Shown here piece by piece: positions 1 to 9,220 of a stretch of 64,000 nt of DNA (within the stretch, counting starts at the first letter, position 1; every line of letters starts with the position of its first letter). Source of the stretch: Melaminivora sp. (lineage in GTDB: Bacteria > Pseudomonadota > Gammaproteobacteria > Burkholderiales > Burkholderiaceae_C). The notes beneath the pieces were generated by a model. It saw nothing but the letters and a program-made list of their open reading frames with translations, had not been told where the DNA came from and ran no database searches. The position numbers and the translations under genes were made by a program. The stretch covers positions 12,749-76,748 of the forward strand of contig NZ_DAMCAM010000003.1 of NCBI RefSeq assembly GCF_032059615.1, given 5' to 3'.

Positions 1-622
1 ATTGCTCCTGCAGGCGGTCCTTGCGGTCATAGGTCATCATCGGCGCGCGCGCCAGCGCCGCGGCCGTGACGCCGGCGGCGAAATGCCGTTGCACAAAGGC
101 CGGGCTGGCCGCCGCCACGTAGCGCATGGTGCCCAGCGGCCAAGTGTTGCAGCCGGCGATCTGCGTGCCGCTGGCGGTGACCGCGGCGATCACCTCGCCC
201 TCGCGCAGGCGCTCGCCCGTGTGCTCCTGGTCGTCGATGCGCAGGTCCAGCAGCTCGTTGCCGCCGGCGGTGAACGCAGCCATGGCATCCATGAACCAGG
301 TGGACAGCGAGTCGGCATTGACCGCCAGCTTGAGCGTGGGCGCCGGCGCGCTGCCGCTGCCGGCCAGCAGGTCGGGGTTGGTGCGGCGCAGCTCGTTCTC
401 CAGCAGCTGCACCTGCTCCAGATGCAGGCACAGGCGGCGCCCGGCCTCGGTGCCGGTGCAGGGGCTGCCGCGCTGCACCAGCACCTGGCCGGCGCGCTCC
501 TCCAGCTGCCTGATGCGCTGCGAAACGGCCGAGGGCGTGACGTGCAGGCGGCGCGCCGCGCGCTCGAAGCTGCCTTCTCGCAGCACGGCCGCCAGGGCCT
601 CCAGCCCGGCGTAGTCCAGCAT
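1..622 (-). CDS. argP: LysR-family transcriptional regulator, ArgP/IciA-like (N-terminal ~207 aa; C-terminus lies beyond the left window edge)
   Basis: Absent from the ORF track because it runs off the window. My minus-strand translation from the ATG at 622-620 reads MLDYAGLEALAAVLREGSFERAARRLHVTPSAVSQRIRQLEERAG... (LysR winged HTH), open to position 1. It is divergent from a LysE/ArgO exporter. Plus-strand ORFs 2..625 and 126..614 are shadows. Confidence 0.8.
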   Translation of the reverse strand, partial: MLDYAGLEALAAVLREGSFERAARRLHVTPSAVSQRIRQLEERAGQVLVQRGSPCTGTEAGRRLCLHLEQVQLLENELRRTNPDLLAGSGSAPAPTLKLAVNADSLSTWFMDAMAAFTAGGNELLDLRIDDQEHTGERLREGEVIAAVTASGTQIAGCNTWPLGTMRYVAAASPAFVQRHFAAGVTAAALARAPMMTYDRKDRLQEQ

Positions 623-639
623 TAGCGTTCCTTCACTTG

Positions 640-655
640 CTTCAGAAAAATGAAG
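640..655. promoter_or_regulatory. Interrupted dyad CTTCA-N6-TGAAG in the argP/argO divergent spacer; candidate LysR-type operator
   Basis: Read directly: cttcagaaaaatgaag, AT-rich centre, lying in the 70-bp spacer between the two divergent starts. LysR regulators typically bind T-N11-A-like dyads in such spacers. Confidence 0.35.
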
Positions 656-692
656 TGTACGGCGAGCGCCTGCCCACCTACGATCAGCCCCC

Positions 693-1328
693 ATGTCCTT
701 CACCACCGCAGCCGCCTCGTCCTCCTGGCTCATGGGTTTCACCGTCTGCCTGTCGCTCATCGCCTCCATCGGCGCGCAGAACCTCTACGTGCTGCGCCAG
801 GCGGTACAGGGCCGGCACGTGCGTGCCTGCGTGGCCTGGTGCGTGGCCAGCGATGCGCTGCTGGTGGCCCTGGGCGTGGCCGGCATGGCGCAGCTGCTGG
901 GCAGCTCGCCGGCCCTGGCGCGCGCCCTGCAGTGGGGCGGGGCGGCCTTCCTGCTGGCCTACGGCCTCTTTGCCTGGCACCGCGCCCTGCTGGCCCCGCC
1001 GGCGGGGCTGCAGGCGCCGGGCGAGCGCGTGGCGCGCGGGCTGCTGGGCGTGATCGGCGGCCTGGCCGTCATCACGCTGCTCAACCCGCACGTCTATCTG
1101 GATACGGTGGTGTTGATCGGCTCCATCGGCGCGCGCCAGGACGGCTGGCTCAAGGCCGTGTTCGTGCTCGGCGCCGCCTCGGCCAGCCTGGCCTGGTTCG
1201 TCGCGCTGGCCCTGGCCGGCCGGCGCCTGCGGCGCCTGTTCGCCGACCCGCGTGCTTGGCGCGTGCTGGACGCCCTCACCGGCGCCATGATGCTGGCGCT
1301 GGCGTGGTGGGTCTGGCAGGGCGCTTGA
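693..1328 (+). CDS. argO: LysE/ArgO-family basic amino acid exporter
   Basis: 211-aa multi-pass membrane protein ([36 protein letters not shown]...[16 protein letters not shown]), a typical LysE-family signature. Divergent from an ArgP-like regulator. Confidence 0.85.
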   Translation: MSFTTAAASSSWLMGFTVCLSLIASIGAQNLYVLRQAVQGRHVRACVAWCVASDALLVALGVAGMAQLLGSSPALARALQWGGAAFLLAYGLFAWHRALLAPPAGLQAPGERVARGLLGVIGGLAVITLLNPHVYLDTVVLIGSIGARQDGWLKAVFVLGAASASLAWFVALALAGRRLRRLFADPRAWRVLDALTGAMMLALAWWVWQGA

Positions 1329-1340
1329 GCGAGCGCCGGC

Positions 1341-2853
1341 TTACGCGGCGTGCGCCAGCCGGGCCGCGGGCGACGCCGGCCCGGCGGCTGCACCCTCCTG
1401 GAAGACGCTGACGGCCTGCACCAGGTCCGCCGCCTGGTTGCGCAGGCTGGTGGCGGCGGCGGCCATCTGCTCGACCAGCGCCGCGTTTTGCTGCGTGCCC
1501 TGGTCGATCTGCACCACGGCGCTGCCCACATGCGCCACGCCCTGGCTCTGCTCGCGGCTGGCGGCACTGATCTCGGCCACCAGCGCGCTCACGCGCCGGA
1601 TGCTGTCCACCACTTCTTCCATGGTGCTGCCGGCCTGGTCGACCAGCGCGTTGCCGCGCTCGACCCGCTCGACGCTGTCGGTGATGAGCCGCTTGATCTC
1701 GCGTGCCGCTTCGGCCGAGCGTCCGGCCAGCGAACGCACCTCGGAGGCCACCACGGCAAAGCCCCGCCTCGCCCGCGCGCGCCGCCTCCACGGCCGCGTT
1801 CAGCGCCAGGATGTTGGTCTGGAAGGCGATCGAGTCGATGACCGAGATGATGTCGTGGATCTGCTGCGCGCTGTCGTGGATGCCGCGCATGGTCTGCACC
1901 ACCTCGGCCACGACTGTGCCGCCCTGCGCTGCCACCGCGCTGGCCTGCTGCGCCACGCGGTCGGCCTGCAGGGCGTTGTCGGCGTTCTGCTGCACCCGGG
2001 CGTCGAGCTGTTCCATGGCGGTGGTGGTCTGCTGCAGCGCGCTGGACTGGCGTTCGGTGCGCGCCGACAGGTCCTGGTTGCCGGCGGCGATCTCGCTGCA
2101 GGCCAGCTCCATCTGGCCGGCCGAGCCGCGCACCGCGGCCACGGCCCCGGCCATGCGCGCCAGCAGGGACTGCAGCAGCTGCGCGCGCGGCGACCGCACG
2201 AGCACCTGCTGGGCGGCGGCCAGGGCCACGCCATGCTTGCGGTTTACCGCGGCCACCAGCTGCTCGAGCTCCAGGCCCTCGCGCACCACGCGGCGCGTGG
2301 ACACGGCCAGCACCACCTCCAGCGCGGTCTGGATCACGACGTACGCGGCGTGCAGCAGGATGATGGAGAAATCCGGCCGGCTCAGGCAGTACAGGCCGAA
2401 GCCCGCCGCCTGCAGCCGGTCGAAGAGCACGTGGTGCAGGGCGATGACCACGGCGGCGAAGACGATGGGGCGCCAGTCCAGATAGACCAGCAGCAGGGCC
2501 AGCGTGACGAACACGCCGAAGTGGTATTCCACCCGGCCCTGGGCCAGCTGGATGTGCAGCGCCACGAAGCTCATCTGCACGAAGGCCAGGACCAGGCGCG
2601 ACGCCAGCGTGCCGCGCGCTGCGGCATGCACGCCCAGCGCCAGCGCCAGCAGCACGGCGGAGGCCGTCCACGCCAGGCCGGATTCGACGAAGCCCGCGCC
2701 CAGCGCCACCGCCGCGATGCTGCTGAGCACGATGGCGGCCAGCATGATGCGGTCGCCCAGCAGGGCTTGGGCGCGCAGGTCGGGGGCCGGCGAGGCGCGG
2801 GAAGCGGTGGTCGGGGAAGGCAGGGCAGTCATCGGATAAGGAACCCGGGGCAT
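1341..2853 (-). pseudogene. Methyl-accepting chemotaxis protein, reading frame broken near 1767 (frameshift in the signalling hairpin tip)
   Basis: ORF 1276..2907(-) carries a multi-TM N-terminus and the signalling domain up to ...[23 protein letters not shown], then turns to junk. ORF 1341..1754(-) in another frame continues (RGF)[25 protein letters not shown]...QQNAALVEQ and ends at a TAA. The two frames join only with a shift between 1761 and 1770. The start is uncertain (ATG at 2853, 2832 or 2907). Confidence 0.75.
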
Positions 2854-2962
2854 CGTGTCGGCAAGCCCTCCGATTGTTGCCTGCAGCGCTCGCCCTGGAT
2901 ATGGCAAGCCGCGGAAATCGACATGGGTTGACGCGCTTTGAGGGCTGAAGGGCGCGAGACGG

Positions 2963-2992
2963 GCAAAAACAAAGCGCCACCCGTGGGTGGCG
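2963..2992 (-). terminator. Rho-independent terminator downstream of metQ
   Basis: Minus strand: GCGCCACC-cacg-GGTGGCGC (8-bp GC stem) followed by TTTGTTTTT, 42 nt after the metQ stop. Confidence 0.65.
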
Positions 2993-3033
2993 CCTGGACT
3001 GGACGACGGTTGCGGGCCTGCGCCCGGCCGGCG

Positions 3034-3822
3034 TCAGAACGCCGGAACGACCGCGCCCTTGTACTTGTCCTGGATGAACTTTTTCGTCTCGGGCGTGTGC
3101 AACGCGTTCACCAGCTTGGCGATCGCCGGGTCACTGGCGCGGTCGGCGCGCGCGGCGACGATGTTGGTGTAGGGCGAGTCCGCGCCTTCGATGAACAGCG
3201 CGTCCTGAGTGGGGTTGAGCTTGGCCTCGATGGCGTAGTTGGTGTTGATCAGCGCCAGGTCCACGTCCGCCAGGGCGCGGGGCAGCAGGGGCGCCTCCAG
3301 CTCCTTGAACTTGAGTTTCTTCGGATTCTTGGCCACGTCCAGCGGCGTGGGCGTGAGGCTCTTGGGGTCCTTGAGCTCGATCAGACCCTGCTTGGCCAGC
3401 AGCAGCAGGGCGCGGCCGCCGTTGGACGGGTCGTTCGGGATGGCGATGGTGGCGCCGTCCTTCAGGTCCTTCACGTTCTTGATCTTCCTGGAATAGGCGC
3501 CGAAGGGCTCCACGTGCACCTTGCCGCCCGGCACCATGATCAGGTCGCTCTTGCGGTCGCGGTTGTAGCTGTCCAGGTAGGGCTGGTGCTGGAAGAAGTT
3601 GGCATCGAGCTGCTTGTCCTGCACGGCGGCGTTGGGCTGCACGTAGTCGCTGAACTCGCGCACCTGCAGATCCACGCCCTGGGCCTTGAGCTGGGGCTTG
3701 ACGAAGTTCAGGATCTCGGCGTGCGGCACGGCAGTGGCGGCCACCTTCAACACGGCGTCGGCCGCGTGGGCGCCCAGGGCGGCGGCAGCGAGGGCGATGG
3801 CCGTGAGGGTCTTCTTCAGCAT
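3034..3822 (-). CDS. metQ: Methionine ABC transporter substrate-binding lipoprotein (NlpA/MetQ family)
   Basis: MLKKTLTAIALAAAALGAHAADAVLKVAATAVPHAEILNFVKPQL...NFFQHQPYLD...TNYAIEA is MetQ-like. AAGGA sits 8 nt upstream of the ATG at 3822. No metN/metI is adjacent. Confidence 0.9.
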   Translation of the reverse strand: MLKKTLTAIALAAAALGAHAADAVLKVAATAVPHAEILNFVKPQLKAQGVDLQVREFSDYVQPNAAVQDKQLDANFFQHQPYLDSYNRDRKSDLIMVPGGKVHVEPFGAYSRKIKNVKDLKDGATIAIPNDPSNGGRALLLLAKQGLIELKDPKSLTPTPLDVAKNPKKLKFKELEAPLLPRALADVDLALINTNYAIEAKLNPTQDALFIEGADSPYTNIVAARADRASDPAIAKLVNALHTPETKKFIQDKYKGAVVPAF

Positions 3823-3941
3823 GGGTAGTGGTTCCTTTTCTTGGGGTTGACTAGCAGACAACGCCCGCCAGGACAAGGGGGCAATTGCCAGGGCGCGAGT
3901 GTAAGCGCGGCCCGGCGCCCGCCAGACGTTTTTATTTTCAT

Positions 3942-3955
3942 ATCCATATATGGAT
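3942..3955. promoter_or_regulatory. Perfect 14-bp palindrome ATCCATATATGGAT in the AT-rich region upstream of metQ; candidate operator
   Basis: Read directly. It sits in the most AT-rich stretch of the window (about 3928-3985), about 120 nt upstream of the metQ start. Confidence 0.4.
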
Positions 3956-3983
3956 TCGACTTCTCATGCGCTGATATAGAAGC

Positions 3984-4031
3984 GAAAAACGTCCCCAGCC
4001 CTTGCCATGCAAGGGCGTGATGCTATTAAAA
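3984..4031 (-). repeat. Structured ~50-bp repeat element, copy a
   Basis: Minus strand reads TTTTAATAGC-ATCAC-GCCCTTG-CATGG-CAAGGGC-TGGGGAC-GTTTTTC, in the same register as copies at 42045, 57226 and 13943. Lies 30 nt downstream of the serB stop. Confidence 0.65.
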
Positions 4032-4060
4032 GGGGATCGGGGAGAGAGGCCGCTGGCGCG

Positions 4061-4777
4061 TCAGCGCAGCACTTGCAGCAGCCGGTCCAGCCCGCCGCTG
4101 TTGATGGCCACCTGGGCCTGGGCGCGCACGGCCGGCTTGGCGTGGTAGGCCACCGACAGGCCGGCCGCGCCCATCATGGGCAGGTCGTTGGCGCCGTCGC
4201 CCACGGCGATGGCCTGGCGCGGGTCGATGCCCATGAGCGAGGCCACCTCCAGCAGCGTGCGCCGCTTCTCGGCGCCGTCGCAGATGTCGCCCCAAGGCTG
4301 GTCCACCAGGCGGCCGGTGAGCCGCCCATCCTCGGCCTGCAGCACGTTGGCGCGGGAGAAATCGATGCCCAGCTGCGCCTTGACGCGGTCGGCAAAGAAG
4401 GTGAAGCCACCCGAGACCAGCAGCGTCGCCAGGCCGGCTGCCCGGGCCGCGTCGATCAGCTCGCGCGCGCCGGGCGACAGGCGCAGGCGCTCGGTGTACA
4501 CGCGCTCCAGGTGCGCCACCGGCACGCCCCGGAGCAGGGCCACGCGCTGGCGCAGGCTCTCCTTGAAGTCGGTGATGACGCCCTGCATCGCCGCCTCGGT
4601 AATGGCGGCCACTTCGGCCTTCTTGCCGGCGGCGTCGGCGATCTCGTCGATGCACTCGATGGTGATCAGGGTCGAGTCCATATCGAAAGCGATGAGCCGG
4701 AAGTCGGCCAGTTTCAGCGGCGGCGTAATGCCCTGGATGACGAGGCCGGGGGCGAATTCGGTGGAGGCGGATGTCAT
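4061..4777 (-). CDS. serB: Phosphoserine phosphatase (HAD superfamily)
   Basis: 238 aa with HAD motif I FDMDSTLI, LVSGGF, and GDGANDLPM. Overall SerB-like sequence. Confidence 0.9.
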   Translation of the reverse strand: MTSASTEFAPGLVIQGITPPLKLADFRLIAFDMDSTLITIECIDEIADAAGKKAEVAAITEAAMQGVITDFKESLRQRVALLRGVPVAHLERVYTERLRLSPGARELIDAARAAGLATLLVSGGFTFFADRVKAQLGIDFSRANVLQAEDGRLTGRLVDQPWGDICDGAEKRRTLLEVASLMGIDPRQAIAVGDGANDLPMMGAAGLSVAYHAKPAVRAQAQVAINSGGLDRLLQVLR

Positions 4778-4859
4778 GGGCGGCGATTATCTGGCACGCC
4801 AAGGCGACACGAGTCGATCTTCCACAACCGCTCGGCGTTGCCGCGCAGCTGGAGCAGCC

Positions 4860-5534
4860 TCACCGCTTGCGCAGGTAGATCTCGTCCGACCAGGTCGCCA
4901 GCCACTGCGGCTTGAAGGCGACGAACACGGCGCTGAGCATGCCGGTGACGAAGGCGTCGCCCCAGGCCATGAGCCAGCGGGCCACCAGCGACAGGCCCTC
5001 GCCCACGCTGGGCAACACGTGGCCCGTCCACTGCGCCAGGGTGCCGGCGATGAACATGCACAGCGCCGTGCCGAGAAAGCCCCGCCCCAGCACGTAGATG
5101 AACACGCGCGCGCCGCCGAAGCTGCGCTCGCCCATCAGGCGGCGCACCAGCACCCCGAGCAGCATGGCCAGCGTGGCCGGCACCACGCCCGACCAGACCG
5201 CCAGGCCCAGGGCCTCGGGCCACGGCAGGCCGGGTGAGAACAGGCAGGCCAGCGCCCCCACCGCCAGCAGCGTGGGTACGGCCAGCGGCCAGCCCAGCAT
5301 CAAAAGCACCAGGCAAGCGCCCGACCACTGCAGCTGCAGCGGCATGTGGTGCAGGGTGGGCAGCGCCCAGGCCCAGGGCAGGATGGCCAGCGTGGCCAGC
5401 AGCGGCGTCCACAGCGCGGCCGGGGCGCCGTGCTTTTCGTGCACCAGCGGGCGGCGGCTGGCCAGCATGCGCCAGGGCCGCGCCACCAGCGCGAAGACCA
5501 GCGCCGCCAGGGCGAGGGCGATTTCAAGCTCCAT
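4860..5534 (-). CDS. Conserved integral membrane protein, function unknown
   Basis: 224-aa ORF with about 6 hydrophobic segments and high GC3. No motif I can assign to a named family. Confidence 0.65.
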   Translation of the reverse strand: MELEIALALAALVFALVARPWRMLASRRPLVHEKHGAPAALWTPLLATLAILPWAWALPTLHHMPLQLQWSGACLVLLMLGWPLAVPTLLAVGALACLFSPGLPWPEALGLAVWSGVVPATLAMLLGVLVRRLMGERSFGGARVFIYVLGRGFLGTALCMFIAGTLAQWTGHVLPSVGEGLSLVARWLMAWGDAFVTGMLSAVFVAFKPQWLATWSDEIYLRKR

Positions 5535-5668
5535 GACGCGGTTTGCTACAAAAAATGCTGCGCACTATCCAGGCGTGGCGCGGGTTTGGGGCGATTTTCA
5601 TGGTGATACGGGGCGGGCAGGGGCGGGGTCTATTGTCACGCCGCCCCGGGCCCCGCGCCTGCCATGCA

Positions 5669-8600
5669 TCAAGCGACGGCCTCTTCGGTCAGCGGCCGGC
5701 CCAGGCTGCGCAGCACGTCGCGCACCATCTGCGCACGGTCGCGCGCCTCGGACAGTTCGCGCTCGATGCGCAGTTTCTCGTTGCCGGCCAGCTTGATGTG
5801 CTTGTTCTTCTGGATCAGGTGGATGATGGCCATCGGGTCCACCGGCGGCTGGGGCTTGAAGGTGATGGTAATGACGCCCGGCGCGGCATCGACCTTGGCC
5901 ACGCCGTAGGCCTGACTCAAGACGCGCAGGCGGTGCACGTCGACCAGTGTCTGCGCCTGCGGCGGCAGCTTGCCGAAGCGGTCCACGAGCTCCTCCAGCA
6001 GCGCGTCGATCTGCTCGCCGGTTCTGGCGGTGGCGAGCTTCTTGTAGAACGACAGGCGCAGGTGCACGTCGCCGCAATAGTCCTCGGGCAGCAGGGCCGG
6101 CGCGTGCAGGTTGATGTCGGTGGCGGCCTGCATGGGCGACAGCAGGTCGGGCTCCTTGCCGGCCTTCAGGCTGCGCACGGCCTCGGACAGCATCTCGTTG
6201 TAGAGCTGGAAGCCCACCTCCAGCATGTTGCCGCTCTGGTTCTCGCCCAGCACCTCGCCGGCGCCGCGGATCTCCAGATCGTGCATGGCCAGGTAGAAGC
6301 CGCTGCCCAGTTCCTCCATCTGCTGGATCGCCTCCAGGCGCTGCGCGGCCTGCTTGGTCAGGCTCTCCAGGTCGGGCACCAGCAGGTAGGCGTACGCCTG
6401 GTGGTGGCTGCGCCCGACGCGCCCGCGCAACTGGTGCAGCTGCGCCAGGCCGAACTTGTCGGCGCGGGCAATCACGATGGTGTTGGCCGAGGGCACGTCG
6501 ATGCCGGTCTCGATGATGGTCGAGCACAAGAGCACATTGAAGCGCTGCGCCACGAAGTCGCGCATCACGCGTTCCAGCTCGCGCTCGGGCATCTGGCCGT
6601 GGGCGATGGCGATGCGCGCCTCGGGCAGGATCTTCTCCAGCGCCTGGCGGCGGTTCTCGATGGTCTCGACCTCGTTGTGCAGGAAGTAGCACTGGCCGCC
6701 GCGCTTCAATTCGCGCAGCACGGCTTCGCGGATCACGCCGTTGTTCTCGCTGCGCACGAAGGTCTTGATGGCCAGGCGCCGCTGCGGGGCGGTGGCGATC
6801 ACGCTCAGGTCGCGCAGCCCCTCCAGCGCCATGCCCATGGTGCGCGGAATCGGCGTGGCGGTGAGCGTCAGCACGTCCACCTCGGCGCGCAGCGCCTTCA
6901 TGGCCTCCTTGTGGCGCACGCCGAAGCGATGCTCCTCGTCGATGATGAGCAGGCCCAGGTTCTTGAACTGCGTGGACTGGGACAGCAGCTTGTGCGTGCC
7001 CACGACGATGTCCACCGTGCCGTCGGCAATGCCCTTGACGGCCGCGGTGATCTCCTTGCCCGAGCGAAAGCGCGAGACCTCGGCGATCTTGACCGGCCAC
7101 TTGGAGAAGCGGTCCACCAGCGTGCGGTAGTGCTGCTCGGCCAAGAGCGTCGTCGGCGCGAGGAAGGCCACCTGCCTGCCACCCGCCACGGCGACGAAGC
7201 AGGCACGCAGTGCCACTTCCGTCTTGCCAAAACCCACGTCGCCGCAGACCAGCCGGTCCATGGGCTGCGGGCTGATCATGTCCTGCACCACGGCGGTGAT
7301 GGCGGCCCTCTGGTCGGCCGTTTCCTCGAAGCCGAAGTCGCTCACGAACTCTTCGTAGTCCTGCGCCGGAAAGCGGAAGGCATGGCCCTGGCGCGCGGCG
7401 CGGCGGGCGTAGATGTTGAGCAGCTCGGCGGCGGTGTCGCGCACCTGCTCGGCCGCCTTGCGCCGGGCCTTTTCCCACTGGCTGCCGCCCAGCTTGTGCA
7501 GCGGCGCCTCGTCGCTGGAGACGCCGGTGTAGCGGCCGATCAGCTGCAGCTGGCTCACCGGCACGTACAGCGCGGCCTTGTCGGCGTATTCCAGGTGCAA
7601 AAATTCCTGCAGGGCCGGCGTGCCGTCGGGGTTCTTCTGGCCCACGTCCATGTTGACCAGGCCCAGATAGCGGCCGATGCCGTGCTGGGTGTGCACCACG
7701 GGGTCGCCCACCTTCAGCTCCGACAGGTCCTTGATCAGCGCCTCCAGGTCGCTGGCCTGCTCCTGCTTTCTGCGCCGGCGCGTGGTGCCGGTGGCAGCGA
7801 ACAGCTCGGTCTCGGTGACGAAGTCGATGCCGCCGCCCACCCAGGCAAAGCCCTGGGCCAGCGCCCCGGTGGCGATGCCCACGCGCTCGTCAGGCGCGGC
7901 CTGGAACTCGGCCAGGCCGTCGAACGCCGGCGGGTTCAGGCCCGAGGCGCGCAGGAAGTCCAGCAGGCTCTCGCGCCGCCCGGCGCTCTCGGCCAGCAGC
8001 AGGATGCGCTGACCGTCCATGACGATGTGCGCCTGCAGCCGCGCCAGCGGGTCCTCGGCCCCGCGCACCACGGCCAGCGGCGGCAGGGGCCGGAACCAGG
8101 CGCTATCCTCCACGTCGGGCACATCCGGGCGCAGGGCCAGCTGCGCGTGCGGCCTGGCCTGCACGTAGAACTGCTCGGCGGTGAGAAACAGCGCCTCCGG
8201 TGGCAGCGCCGGGTGCTCCGGGTCGCCCTGGATCAGCCGGTAGCGCTCGCGCGTGTCCTGCCAGAAGCGCTGGAAGGCCTCCTCCAGGTCGCCGTGCAGC
8301 ACCAGCGTGGCGCCGCTGCCGAGGTAGTCGAACACGGTGGCCGTGTGCTCGAAGAACAGCGGCAGGTAGTACTCGATGCCGGCGGTGGCGATGCCCGCGC
8401 CCATGTCCTTGTAGACGCGGCTTTTGGTCGGGTCGCCCTCCAGCAGCTCGCGCCAGTGCTGGCGAAAGCGCGAGCGTGCCGCGTCGTCCATCGGGAATTC
8501 GCGCCCGGGCAGCAGGCGGATTTCCTGCACCGGGTGCAGGCTGCGCTGCGTGTCCGGGTCGAAGGTGCGGATGGAGTCGATCTCGTCGTCGAACAGGTCC

Positions 8601-9142
8601 ACCCGATAGGGCTCGTCCGCACCCATGGGAAACAGGTCGATCAGGCCGCCACGCACGGCGTATTCGCCATGGCTGACCACCTGCGACACGTGCTGGTAGC
8701 CCGCCAGCGTCAGCTGCGCGCGCAGCCGGGCCTCGTCGAGCTTCTGCCCAGTCTTGAAGTGGAAGGTGTAGGCCGCCAGGAACGACTGCGGCGCCAGGCG
8801 GTACAGCGCCGTGGTCGCGGGCACCAGCACCACATCGGCTTCGCCCTGCGAGATGCGCCACAGCGTGGCCAGGCGCTCGCTGATCAGGTCCTGGTGCGGC
8901 GAGAAGCTGTCGTAGGGCAGCGTCTCCCAGTCCGGGAACAGCGCGCAGCGCAGGTCGGGTGCGAAGAAGGCCAGCTCATCGATCAGGCGCCGGGCGTCGG
9001 TGGCATCGGCGGTGATGATGGCGCTCAGGCGGCCGGCGGTTTTTTCACGCTCGCCCAGGCGGGCCAGCAGCAGGGCGTCGCCGCTGCCCACGGGGCGGGG
9101 CAGGGCGTGACGTTTTCCGGGAGAGAGTTTGGGCAGATCCAT
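5669..9142 (-). CDS. mfd: Transcription-repair coupling factor
   Basis: MDLPKLSPGKRHALPRPVGSGDALLLA... with GDVGFGKTEVALRA (Walker A), IIDEEHRFG and LTATPIPRT. About 1157 aa. The track ORF continues to 10474 only because no stop occurs antisense to ispDF. Confidence 0.95.
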   Translation of the reverse strand: MDLPKLSPGKRHALPRPVGSGDALLLARLGEREKTAGRLSAIITADATDARRLIDELAFFAPDLRCALFPDWETLPYDSFSPHQDLISERLATLWRISQGEADVVLVPATTALYRLAPQSFLAAYTFHFKTGQKLDEARLRAQLTLAGYQHVSQVVSHGEYAVRGGLIDLFPMGADEPYRVDLFDDEIDSIRTFDPDTQRSLHPVQEIRLLPGREFPMDDAARSRFRQHWRELLEGDPTKSRVYKDMGAGIATAGIEYYLPLFFEHTATVFDYLGSGATLVLHGDLEEAFQRFWQDTRERYRLIQGDPEHPALPPEALFLTAEQFYVQARPHAQLALRPDVPDVEDSAWFRPLPPLAVVRGAEDPLARLQAHIVMDGQRILLLAESAGRRESLLDFLRASGLNPPAFDGLAEFQAAPDERVGIATGALAQGFAWVGGGIDFVTETELFAATGTTRRRRKQEQASDLEALIKDLSELKVGDPVVHTQHGIGRYLGLVNMDVGQKNPDGTPALQEFLHLEYADKAALYVPVSQLQLIGRYTGVSSDEAPLHKLGGSQWEKARRKAAEQVRDTAAELLNIYARRAARQGHAFRFPAQDYEEFVSDFGFEETADQRAAITAVVQDMISPQPMDRLVCGDVGFGKTEVALRACFVAVAGGRQVAFLAPTTLLAEQHYRTLVDRFSKWPVKIAEVSRFRSGKEITAAVKGIADGTVDIVVGTHKLLSQSTQFKNLGLLIIDEEHRFGVRHKEAMKALRAEVDVLTLTATPIPRTMGMALEGLRDLSVIATAPQRRLAIKTFVRSENNGVIREAVLRELKRGGQCYFLHNEVETIENRRQALEKILPEARIAIAHGQMPERELERVMRDFVAQRFNVLLCSTIIETGIDVPSANTIVIARADKFGLAQLHQLRGRVGRSHHQAYAYLLVPDLESLTKQAAQRLEAIQQMEELGSGFYLAMHDLEIRGAGEVLGENQSGNMLEVGFQLYNEMLSEAVRSLKAGKEPDLLSPMQAATDINLHAPALLPEDYCGDVHLRLSFYKKLATARTGEQIDALLEELVDRFGKLPPQAQTLVDVHRLRVLSQAYGVAKVDAAPGVITITFKPQPPVDPMAIIHLIQKNKHIKLAGNEKLRIERELSEARDRAQMVRDVLRSLGRPLTEEAVA

Positions 9143-9220
9143 GCAGAGAGCGCCGCCGGACGTCTGAAGCAGGCTGGGCCCGGGGTGGGCAGCGTATGGA
9201 CGGCGGAGGGCGATTCTAGA

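Noticed and set aside
1276-2907. Single intact 543-aa ORF for the chemoreceptor as listed in the track
   Set aside because: After ...[11 protein letters not shown] the frame yields non-MCP, R/G/A-rich sequence and overlaps the argO 3' end. The genuine C-terminus is in ORF 1341..1754, so the gene is frameshifted rather than intact.
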